From Pyrinomonadaceae bacterium (lineage in GTDB: Bacteria > Acidobacteriota > Blastocatellia > Pyrinomonadales > Pyrinomonadaceae): DNA of 64,000 nt. Numbering within the stretch: position 1 is the stretch's first letter; the number at the start of each line of letters is the position of its first letter. A program made the translations under genes and the position numbers. The notes under the pieces are model-generated. The model was given only the letters and a program-made list of their open reading frames with translations, was not told the DNA's origin and did no database searches. Below, piece by piece: positions 55,985-63,360 of this stretch. The stretch spans positions 5,057 through 69,056 of the forward strand of contig JBGTBC010000338.1 of the NCBI GenBank assembly GCA_041749555.1, written 5' to 3'.

Positions 55985-56551
55985 ATGAAGTCTTTTTTTG
56001 GATTAGCAGTTTTGACACTTGGATTCGCACTCGGTGCGACAACGGCCTCGGCACAGATGATGGATAGCAGCAACCCGATGGTGGGCGGCGCTGCAATGTA
56101 TAAAACAAAGAATATCGTCGAGAACGCGGTAAATTCCGCTGACCATACAACACTCGTCGCGGCGGTAAAGGCCGCAGGCCTTGTCGAAACCCTGTCGAGC
56201 CCGGGACCATTCACCGTGTTTGCTCCGGTCAACAGTGCTTTCGCGGCATTGCCTGAGGGTACTGTTGAAACCTTACTGAAACCTGAGAACAAAGCAACAC
56301 TCACAAAGATCCTGACCTACCACGTCGTTGCCGGGAATATGGATTCAAAAGCTGTCGTTGCGGCAATTAAGAAGGGTAAAGGTAAAGCAATTCTTACCAC
56401 AGTAGCGGGCGGAAAACTTACTGCGACCCTAGAGGGCAAGAACGTCATTATCACGGACGAGAAAGGCGGCAGATCGACCGTGACTATCGCCGATGTAAAG
56501 CAGTCGAATGGCGTCATCCATGTGGTTGACTCTGTTCTGCTGCCCAACTAG
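55985..56551 (+). CDS. exported fasciclin (FAS1) domain protein
   Basis: Has a signal peptide MKSFFGLAVLTLGFALGATTASA, then LSSPGPFTVFAPVNSAF and ...ILTYHVV.G..., and a C-terminal NGVIHVVDSVLLP. Confidence 0.85.
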   Translation: MKSFFGLAVLTLGFALGATTASAQMMDSSNPMVGGAAMYKTKNIVENAVNSADHTTLVAAVKAAGLVETLSSPGPFTVFAPVNSAFAALPEGTVETLLKPENKATLTKILTYHVVAGNMDSKAVVAAIKKGKGKAILTTVAGGKLTATLEGKNVIITDEKGGRSTVTIADVKQSNGVIHVVDSVLLPN

Positions 56552-56564
56552 CATTCCTCCGGCG

Positions 56565-56676
56565 CGTTCGACGATCTGGGGTGGTTACAAGGTCCCGGAA
56601 GATAAGTATTGACTTACGAGGTATGCTTATTCAGGGAGGGTTTCACGGGGTCCCCAGATCGTCGAACGTTTTTTAA
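56565..56676 (+). terminator. perfect 17-bp inverted repeat around a 70-nt spacer, followed by a T-run (giant terminator hairpin or MITE-like palindrome)
   Basis: CGTTCGACGATCTGGGG (56565-56581) and CCCCAGATCGTCGAACG (56652-56668) are exact complements. TTTTTT follows at 56669-56674. Confidence 0.55.
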
Positions 56677-56693
56677 ACGACAGAAATTCAACA

Positions 56694-57266
56694 ATGATGG
56701 CCAGACCGAATAAGTTCATTATCACAATGCTCCTTCTAACCGTTGGGGCATTTTCTTTTTATTTGGGGGCGTCACCTGACTTCGCAGTCGCGTCTGCGTC
56801 CGTTTCTCCTGTACCGCGGCCCTCCCCGACTGGGATCGGGCTTGCAATGATCGATGCCGAGTTTGACGGCAAGAAGATCGAACGTACCGTGAGTGAATGG
56901 AGGAACCTCCTCACCCCGGACGAGTTTCAGATATTGCGCGAGGCTGGCACCGAACGGGCCTACTCAGGACCGCTCAATAAGAACAAAAAGAAGGGCTCAT
57001 ACCATTGCGCGGGCTGCGGCCTTGTTGTGTTTCGTTCCAGCGCCAAATACGACTCGGGAACCGGCTGGCCGAGCTTTTACCGCCCGGCATTTAAGAAGAA
57101 TCTCATTGAAAAGATCGACCGAAGCCTGCCGTCAGAAGAACGCGTCGAGATCGAATGTGCCCGCTGCGGGTCACATCTTGGACACGTCTTCGACGACGGC
57201 CCACGGCCGACCGGCCTCCGGTACTGCATCAATTCCCTCGCCCTGCGATTCGTCGAGAAGAAGTAG
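56694..57266 (+). CDS. msrB: exported peptide-methionine (R)-S-oxide reductase MsrB (second paralog)
   Basis: Has an N-terminal TM/signal segment plus a Pro/Ser linker, then CAGCG...GTGWPSF...[16 protein letters not shown]...RYCINS. Confidence 0.85.
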   Translation: MMARPNKFIITMLLLTVGAFSFYLGASPDFAVASASVSPVPRPSPTGIGLAMIDAEFDGKKIERTVSEWRNLLTPDEFQILREAGTERAYSGPLNKNKKKGSYHCAGCGLVVFRSSAKYDSGTGWPSFYRPAFKKNLIEKIDRSLPSEERVEIECARCGSHLGHVFDDGPRPTGLRYCINSLALRFVEKK

Positions 57267-57343
57267 CTCCGCTTCAGTTTTGGATAGCGTCGCCGCCGCC
57301 TCTGAATGCGCCGCGCCCAGCCATTGTGCTAAAGTTTTTCTAT

Positions 57344-58177
57344 ATGAACGGAAACGAGATCAGATCGAAATTTCTCGAATACTTCGAACGCAATGGACAC
57401 AAGATCTTGTCTTCATCACCACTTCTCCCGGCGAACGATCCAACTCTGCTTTTTATCAATGCCGGGATGAACCAGTTCAAAGACGTCTTTCTCGGCAATG
57501 AAAAACGCGATTATAAACGGGCGGTCACCTCGCAGAAATGTATCCGGGCAGGTGGCAAGCACAATGATCTCGACGAGGTTGGAAAAACGGCCAGGCATCA
57601 CACATTCTTTGAAATGCTGGGAAATTTCTCATTCGGAGATTATTTCAAAAAAGAGGCGATCGAATATGCGTGGGATTTTCTGCTCAATGAGCTCAAGCTC
57701 GAGGAATCTCGTTTGTGGTTCACCGTGTTCGAGGGCGACGCAGAAGTCGGGCCGGACGATGAAGCTCGCAGCCTGTGGGAGAGCGTAGGTGCAAAACCCG
57801 AACGTGTTCTCGGATTTGGAAGAAAGGACAATTTCTGGCAGATGGGGGAAACAGGCCCCTGCGGACCGTGCTCGGAGATCCACTATTACATGGGCGAGGA
57901 CCCGGATGATCCAGCAAAAAACTCGGCCTTGTGGGTCAATGGCGAGGGTGATACAACGATGGAGATCTGGAATCTGGTTTTTATGCAGTACAACCGCACT
58001 GAGGATTCTCCTGGGGTATTTACCCTAACGCCGCTGCCAGCTCCGTCGGTCGACACCGGCTTGGGCCTTGAGCGGATCACGGCAGTCATGCAGGGCGTGT
58101 CAAACAACTATGACACCGACCTGATCCGCCCCATCGTCGATTTTGCGGCCGAATTGGCGGTCAAGCCGCGCATATGA
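57344..58177 (+). CDS. alanyl-tRNA synthetase catalytic core only (277 aa; truncated alaS-like gene)
   Basis: The sequence [19 protein letters not shown]...[16 protein letters not shown]...[34 protein letters not shown]...[11 protein letters not shown]...[10 protein letters not shown]... is collinear with AlaRS residues 1 to about 265. It then stops (…[10 protein letters not shown]). The track ORF start at 57155 overlaps msrB and is rejected. Confidence 0.8.
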   Translation: MNGNEIRSKFLEYFERNGHKILSSSPLLPANDPTLLFINAGMNQFKDVFLGNEKRDYKRAVTSQKCIRAGGKHNDLDEVGKTARHHTFFEMLGNFSFGDYFKKEAIEYAWDFLLNELKLEESRLWFTVFEGDAEVGPDDEARSLWESVGAKPERVLGFGRKDNFWQMGETGPCGPCSEIHYYMGEDPDDPAKNSALWVNGEGDTTMEIWNLVFMQYNRTEDSPGVFTLTPLPAPSVDTGLGLERITAVMQGVSNNYDTDLIRPIVDFAAELAVKPRI

Positions 58178-58860
58178 TCATTACCGACGACCTGTTAAAT
58201 TATGCGGAGAGTTTTACGTCCGGCGAGAGCAAGGTGCTCGCGGAACTGCGCGCTCATTGTTACGAGCATTATACGGATTCGAGTATGCTCTCGGGATTCT
58301 TTCAGGGCCGCGTGCTTAGCATGTTCTCACATATGATCCGGCCTGCCGTCGTCCTTGAGATCGGCACTTATCTCGGTTACTCTGCACTCTGCCTTGCCGA
58401 GGGACTCGCTGACGATGGAAAGGTAATTACAATAGACATACAGGAAGAAACGAATCGAGTAGCACAATCGTACGTAGCGAAAACGGCATACTCATCAAAG
58501 ATCGAATTCCTTCTCGGCACCGCGACCGATCTGATCCCGACCCTTTCAGATACCTTTGACCTTGTTTTTATCGATGCGGACAAGCCAAATTATTCGAACT
58601 ATTATGACCTTGTCTTTAACCGCGTCCGCCAGGGAGGTTACATCATCGCCGATAACGTCCTATGGAGCGGCAAGGTACTAGCAGAGGTTAAGGATGAAGA
58701 CACCCATGCATTGCACGAATTCAATCAGAAGGTTATGGCCGACGACCGCGTGGAGAATGTCTTATTCCCGATCCGTGACGGCTTGATGGTGATACGCAAG
58801 AAATTGAGGTCATCTCGTTCAGACCCCGACAAAGCACCAGTATACGAACTGTCCATCTAA
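58174..58860 (+). CDS. class I SAM-dependent O-methyltransferase (caffeoyl-CoA OMT / YrrM-like)
   Basis: Contains [13 protein letters not shown], ...ITIDI and ...[14 protein letters not shown], with ...GG.I..DNVLW.G.V. Its ATG overlaps the TGA of the alaS-like ORF (ATGA at 58174-58177). Confidence 0.8.
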   Translation: MIITDDLLNYAESFTSGESKVLAELRAHCYEHYTDSSMLSGFFQGRVLSMFSHMIRPAVVLEIGTYLGYSALCLAEGLADDGKVITIDIQEETNRVAQSYVAKTAYSSKIEFLLGTATDLIPTLSDTFDLVFIDADKPNYSNYYDLVFNRVRQGGYIIADNVLWSGKVLAEVKDEDTHALHEFNQKVMADDRVENVLFPIRDGLMVIRKKLRSSRSDPDKAPVYELSI

Positions 58861-58875
58861 TATCGCCCGCGCCCT

Positions 58876-60192
58876 TCACCCTTTCTTTTGGATCTCCCGA
58901 GCTACTTTTTGAACCTGATCCAAAACTCTCAGTAAGTTCCCGCTCCAGATCTTTTCGATCTGCTTTTTGGTGTAGCCGCGGCGGACGAGCTCAAGCGTTA
59001 CATTAAAAGTTTCCGCCGCATTATCCCATCCTTCGACGCCGCCGCCACCGTCAAAATCTGAGCTAATGCCGACATGGTCGATGCCGATCTTCTTGACGAG
59101 ATAGTCGATATGGTCGACAAAATCCTTCACGTTGACGTCGGGTGCCGCGTCTTTCAGACGTTCGCGGATGATGGGATTGACCTTGGCCCGAAACGCGGCA
59201 TTGCGTGCCATGTAATCGGCCCGCTCTGCTTCGGCAAGTGCAAGAACTTCCGCGCGGGGAAGTATCTTGAAATTCTCTGCGGCCGCTAACTCCTGCAGCA
59301 TCTCGTTGGTCTTCGCTGTGCGGGCAGCACTCTTTGCAATGTTTACATACCCGCGGAAGGCCACCGCCTGAACCACTCCGCCATTCTTTTTGATCAGTAA
59401 AAGTTCCTCGTCATCGAGGTTGCGGCTATGGTCGGCGAGTGAGCGGGCCGACGAGTGTGAGGCGATTACCGGCGCCTTTGTCATGGCAAGAGTTTGAATA
59501 TTTGATCGTTTCGACGGATGCGACAGGTCGATCATAATGCCCCATTTGTTCATCTCAGCGATGGCCTGACGCCCAAGTTCGCTGAGGCCGTTGTGAAGCC
59601 ATTTGCTATCGCGTTCGCCGGTATTGGAATCCGCGAGTTGGCTGTGACCGTTATGTGCCAGCGACATATACCGCGCACCGCGATCGGCAAATTCCTTTAC
59701 ACGTGAAATATCGGTGCCGATCGGATAGGCGTTTTCAACGCCGATCATAGCAACCTTTTTGCCTGATCTAACGATCCGTTTTACATCTTTTGATGTGAGT
59801 GCAAGTTCGATCTCATTCGGGGCCAAAGTCTTCGTCAGGCGATGGATCGCTTCGAATTTGTCGATAGCATTTGCATACGCACGTTTATAGCCCTCTTCGT
59901 TTAATTCGCCCTGGCCGGTGTAAACGATGAGCCACGCCACATCGAGCCCGCCGCGCTTCATCTTCGGCAGATCGACCTGGATCGGCAATTCCTGCGTGTA
60001 GTTTACCTTGTCAGCGAAGTTCGCTGTGTTGATATCGACGTGCGTATCGAGCGTGATCACATCGGCATGGATCTTCCGTGCCGCCGCGACCAACTTAGCC
60101 TCGTCGGCAGGCTGCTGAGCGAGGAGCGGAACCGAAGGGCCGGCGAGAAGAAAAACAAAGATTATTGCAGCAGAAAGTATACGGTTCATCAT
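58876..60192 (-). CDS. exported membrane-dipeptidase family (peptidase M19) protein
   Basis: Has a signal peptide, with DTHVD, ...SLAHNGHSQLADS and ...SHSSARSL, then ...HVGISSDFDGGGG. Confidence 0.8.
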   Translation of the reverse strand: MMNRILSAAIIFVFLLAGPSVPLLAQQPADEAKLVAAARKIHADVITLDTHVDINTANFADKVNYTQELPIQVDLPKMKRGGLDVAWLIVYTGQGELNEEGYKRAYANAIDKFEAIHRLTKTLAPNEIELALTSKDVKRIVRSGKKVAMIGVENAYPIGTDISRVKEFADRGARYMSLAHNGHSQLADSNTGERDSKWLHNGLSELGRQAIAEMNKWGIMIDLSHPSKRSNIQTLAMTKAPVIASHSSARSLADHSRNLDDEELLLIKKNGGVVQAVAFRGYVNIAKSAARTAKTNEMLQELAAAENFKILPRAEVLALAEAERADYMARNAAFRAKVNPIIRERLKDAAPDVNVKDFVDHIDYLVKKIGIDHVGISSDFDGGGGVEGWDNAAETFNVTLELVRRGYTKKQIEKIWSGNLLRVLDQVQKVAREIQKKG

Positions 60193-60315
60193 GTACCAAT
60201 TTTACCCGAACGCTGTCGATATCCGAAAATAGTGGCCCGAAGGCGAATAAAATAGAGAAAGGCCGTTCGAAACCTAGTGCTTCCGGACGGCCTTCTGTTT
60301 CATCATTATGTCAAT

Positions 60316-60678
60316 TTAGCTTTGAGTCTGAGAATGTATCAGACGCCGTGTCTGATCGCCGAAAAGCACGTCGATCTTCTGCGGCTCAATAACAGCTGTT
60401 ACTTCGCCGCGGCCGAACTTGTCATGCGTCATCGCCTGGCCCTTTCGGTATTTCCTCTGCCGGTCATAAGGCGATGCATTCTTTCCAGTACCCATCGACA
60501 CCGAGGTTTTTACGCCTCGGGTAAACGTGCTGACCGTCTCGCATGCCTCGCACACAGCCTTTGTGATCTTGCCCTGTTTTGTGACGGTAACAACCTTGTG
60601 GTTTTGCTCAAGGTCGCATGCCGAGCACATCATCTCGACCGACTGATCAACTGCATAAGCTATAACTTTTACTGCCAT
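60316..60678 (-). CDS. zinc-ribbon-like hypothetical protein
   Basis: 120 aa with CSAC...CEAC Cys pairs. It lies downstream of, and on the same strand as, the helicase gene. Confidence 0.5.
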   Translation of the reverse strand: MAVKVIAYAVDQSVEMMCSACDLEQNHKVVTVTKQGKITKAVCEACETVSTFTRGVKTSVSMGTGKNASPYDRQRKYRKGQAMTHDKFGRGEVTAVIEPQKIDVLFGDQTRRLIHSQTQS

Positions 60679-60708
60679 AATTTTCCTCTTGTCCTGTTCC
60701 TCCGGCAG

Positions 60709-61917
60709 TTACCTGCCGCGTCTTGGCCCAAATGAACGAAAGCTTTTTCGTGCCGGCGTGGAAAATTTCTTTGCCGGCGCTGCCTGCGTAAACGTGTGGC
60801 CGCCGAAATCAGGCAGAACGATGCGTTCCACCCGTTCACCCGTCAGCCGCTCGATCGCCCGCATTGAATGCTCTTCTGCGATAGTAAACAGCGTAATGGC
60901 ACGCCCCTTGTTTCCTGCACGGCCGGTTCGGCCAATTCGGTGTACGTAATCCTCGGGTGCCTCGGGTATATCATAGTTTATCACATGTGACACCGAGTCG
61001 ATATCGATCCCGCGGGCGGCAACATCGGTAGCGATAAGCACGGTCGTGTGGCCGGACTTGAATGCTGCCAATGCAGACTCACGCTGTGACTGCGAACGGT
61101 CACCATGGATCCGGTTAGATTTATGCGAACGCTTTTCCAAAATATGTGCCAAACGGTCAGCACCTCGCTTGGTGCGTGTAAACACAAGTACGCGGTCGAA
61201 ATCTTCCTTATCCAACAGGTCCAGCAGCAGCGGCATTTTTGATTGCTGTGCAACCGGATACGCTGTTTGATGGATCAGGCCCGCGGCCTTTCCTCTCGGG
61301 CTGACCTCGATAAAGGTCGGATCCTTGAGCATCGCGTAAGCAATACGCTCGATCTCGGGCGACATTGTCGCTGAGAAAAAGAGTGTCTGGCGCTTTGCCG
61401 GAATAACCTTGACTATCCGCTTGATCGAGGGCAAAAAGCCCATATCGAGCATGCGGTCCGCCTCGTCGAGGACGAGATGGGTAAGGCTATTGAAATTGAT
61501 CAGGCCCTGGTCCATAAAGTCTATAAGACGGCCAGGCGTAGCAATTATCAAATTTGCTCCACGCCGCAGACTGTCCATCTGTCGTTTGTAACCGGCCCCA
61601 CCGATAATGGCGGTGCAGGTAATGCCCTTCGGGGCAAATTCGCGGCAAGCTGCCTCGGTCTGATTGGCAAGCTCGCGTGTCGGCGAAAGGACGAGAACTC
61701 TTGTTCCCGGTTTACCCTTGTTATCACCTAGAAGTTGTAAAATCGGCAGCAAAAAGGCCGCCGTCTTGCCGGTACCGGTCTCGGCACTGGCTAAAATGTC
61801 TCCGCCCTTTAAAAGGACCGGAATCGCCTGTTTTTGAATGGGTGTAGGCTCGGTAAAACCCAGTTGCTCGCACTTTTCCGTGAAAAACGGAAGCAAGCCT
61901 AAATCGCTAAAAGTCAT
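60709..61917 (-). CDS. DEAD-box ATP-dependent RNA helicase (RhlE-like)
   Basis: Contains the Q-motif F..LGL...F.EPTPIQ, plus AETGTGKT, DEADRMLDMGF, SAT and HRIGRTGRAG, with a basic C-terminal tail. Confidence 0.9.
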   Translation of the reverse strand: MTFSDLGLLPFFTEKCEQLGFTEPTPIQKQAIPVLLKGGDILASAETGTGKTAAFLLPILQLLGDNKGKPGTRVLVLSPTRELANQTEAACREFAPKGITCTAIIGGAGYKRQMDSLRRGANLIIATPGRLIDFMDQGLINFNSLTHLVLDEADRMLDMGFLPSIKRIVKVIPAKRQTLFFSATMSPEIERIAYAMLKDPTFIEVSPRGKAAGLIHQTAYPVAQQSKMPLLLDLLDKEDFDRVLVFTRTKRGADRLAHILEKRSHKSNRIHGDRSQSQRESALAAFKSGHTTVLIATDVAARGIDIDSVSHVINYDIPEAPEDYVHRIGRTGRAGNKGRAITLFTIAEEHSMRAIERLTGERVERIVLPDFGGHTFTQAAPAKKFSTPARKSFRSFGPRRGR

Positions 61918-61951
61918 TTGTAATTGAAAAACTATATCTACTGAAGTCCCA

Positions 61952-62041
61952 GTTCAGAGTCCCTGCTTCAGCAGGCCGCGGATCGCAGTATGCGATCAGA
62001 CCTACCACATGGGATCGCCGCCTAAAGGCGGTACTCCAAAC
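61952..62041. repeat. 90-bp palindromic REP/BIME- or MITE-like element, copy 2 (35 bp upstream of the helicase start codon)
   Basis: The left arm is GTTCAGAGTCCCTGCTTCAGCAGGC. The reverse complement of the right arm is GTTTGGAGTACCGCCTTTAGGCGGC. The architecture matches 25902-25989. The interior contains the hairpin GATCGCA-gta-TGCGATC. Confidence 0.65.
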
Positions 62042-62420
62042 GAGTCTTCGGGATGTAATAAGAAGTTACTAACGCGGAGATTTCTTCAGTGTAACGGTAG
62101 CAAGGAAGGGTCTACGTTCGAGGGCTCACAACTAAGGAGCCGCTTCTAACAGTTATAAAGGAACCGTTTCTCGAACTATCTATTTCGATCCAACATAGGA
62201 CCGAGTTTACCGTCGACGAATGAGACACGGAATTGTCAAACTACTAAGACTACAGTAATTAGCAAAAGGATGCAAGTTATTTTCGGCCGCCCGGCTGTTT
62301 ACCGGGTATTACTCCGAAAAGACGAAGCAGAGCGGCGGTCAGCGTCCAACGTATACCATTCTACATTCTACAGACTGCGTTCGATCCCCGTCCGTCACCC
62401 TTCGAATTCGTCCCCAAACT

Positions 62421-62673
62421 CCTGTAACTGTCCCACGCCGGGACAGTAATATCGCTGTAACTGCCTTATAATGTGATAGTTACAGGTTTTCGTACTGTCC
62501 CACGCTTCGGCGTGCGGGTGTAATACAGCGGTGGTCAGTGGTCGGAGCCGCTTTTGGATGATGGAGTGATTCTTCCTTCGGGATCGTCACTCCTCGTTCG
62601 TATCCCCACTCGCCACTCCGAACTCGCCACTCCGCACTCACTAGACCCCCTGCTTTTGTACCACGGCTGGTAC
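62421..62673 (+). ncRNA. candidate structured RNA of unknown class (hairpin cluster with two cUUCGg tetraloops)
   Basis: The five hairpins H1-H5 and the two direct repeats that allow alternative pairing are described in the finding at 62421-62673. Strand is inferred only from the two UUCG loops. No promoter or terminator is defined. Confidence 0.35.
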
Positions 62674-62944
62674 AGCAATTATGGCGTAACCCCTGCTATC
62701 ACAGCAAGTTACATGCTTGTACCATGTACCACGCATTTTTCAGTTTTCTGTATTACGATGTATGACAGCAATCCAAAAGCTAAGGTTTCTACCATCCACA
62801 GCAACGAAAACTCATCAACCATCAACGAACAAACCCCTGCGATCCACGATCAACGATCAATGAGCAAATTTTCAAACATCCGCACGGCCTCGAAAGACCG
62901 GGCACCGCAACAGGCTAACGTACTTTTTAGGCTTTCGGGTAGTC

Positions 62945-63001
62945 CATTTGGCGTACTTTGTAGCATTTGGCGTGATTTGCATCATTTGGCGTGGATAGGA
63001 T
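62945..63001 (+). repeat. three iteron-like direct repeats, CATTTGGCGT(A/G), at exact 19-bp spacing
   Basis: The repeats start at 62945, 62964 and 62983. The flanking 8-9 nt of each unit are variable. Confidence 0.6.
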
Positions 63002-63256
63002 CTCGGGGTGCCCTTACTGCGCGCGGGCTTCTAAATGCAGCATTTAACTTGAAATTGCACATTTAGTGGAAAAAGACGCAAAAGGGAGACTTCGTTTTTT
63101 CCGCGGTCGGTCCTGAGGGGACATCGGTCCATACCCACGAGGACACAAATCATCACGAAGTTTCCCACATCCAGGATTTTACGGAAGAAAGCGGCCATTT
63201 CATCTTCTATAACAAACAAATATAAATTTTGCTGATTGCAGAAACGTGGATCTCGA

Positions 63257-63285
63257 TTGACGCACGTATGAAGTAGGAGTAGAAT
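63257..63285 (+). promoter_or_regulatory. candidate sigma-70 promoter of the downstream adhesin-like gene
   Basis: TTGACG (63257-63262), a 17-nt spacer, then TAGAAT (63280-63285), 75 nt upstream of the ATG at 63361. A CCAGGAG Shine-Dalgarno sequence lies at 63347-63353. Confidence 0.5.
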
Positions 63286-63360
63286 CTGAACGATTTTCAT
63301 CGTAATTTCTTAACCTTAAAATAGATCATTTATCCTTCCCGGTGTTCCAGGAGTCAAAGT

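Noticed and set aside
57155-57343. A 5' extension of the alaS-like ORF (track start 57155).
   Set aside because: The extension overlaps the 3' end of msrB in another frame and encodes Pro/Arg-rich filler. AlaRS homology starts exactly at [10 protein letters not shown] (ATG at 57344).
62295-62330. An SRP (4.5S) RNA-like words, CTGTTTACCGGGT ... GAAGCAG.
   Set aside because: The spacing is off by 4 nt relative to E. coli 4.5S RNA. The intervening sequence cannot form the helix 8 GNRA-capped stem and symmetric loop. I treat it as a chance resemblance.
62376-62399. A tRNA 3'-end-like string, GCGTTCGATCCCCGTCCGTCACCC (T-loop TTCGATC).
   Set aside because: The T-stem pairs at only 2-3 of 5 positions. 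No complementary acceptor 5' strand occurs at the right distance and there is no CCA or anticodon arm. At best it is a decayed tRNA or att-site remnant, which I cannot support.
62554-63066. A 170-aa plus-strand ORF in the coding desert.
   Set aside because: It has a TTG start, a low-complexity Ser/Thr/His/Pro-rich translation and no Shine-Dalgarno sequence. It spans hairpins, tandem repeats and the iteron-like repeats. It is more likely non-coding.
63066-63125. A c-di-GMP riboswitch upstream of the adhesin-like gene (GACGCAAAAGG resembles the GEMM-I GACGCAAAGCC).
   Set aside because: The rest of the GEMM-I consensus (a GGCAAACC-type first hairpin and the tetraloop/receptor arrangement) is absent, and the element lies upstream of the predicted promoter.
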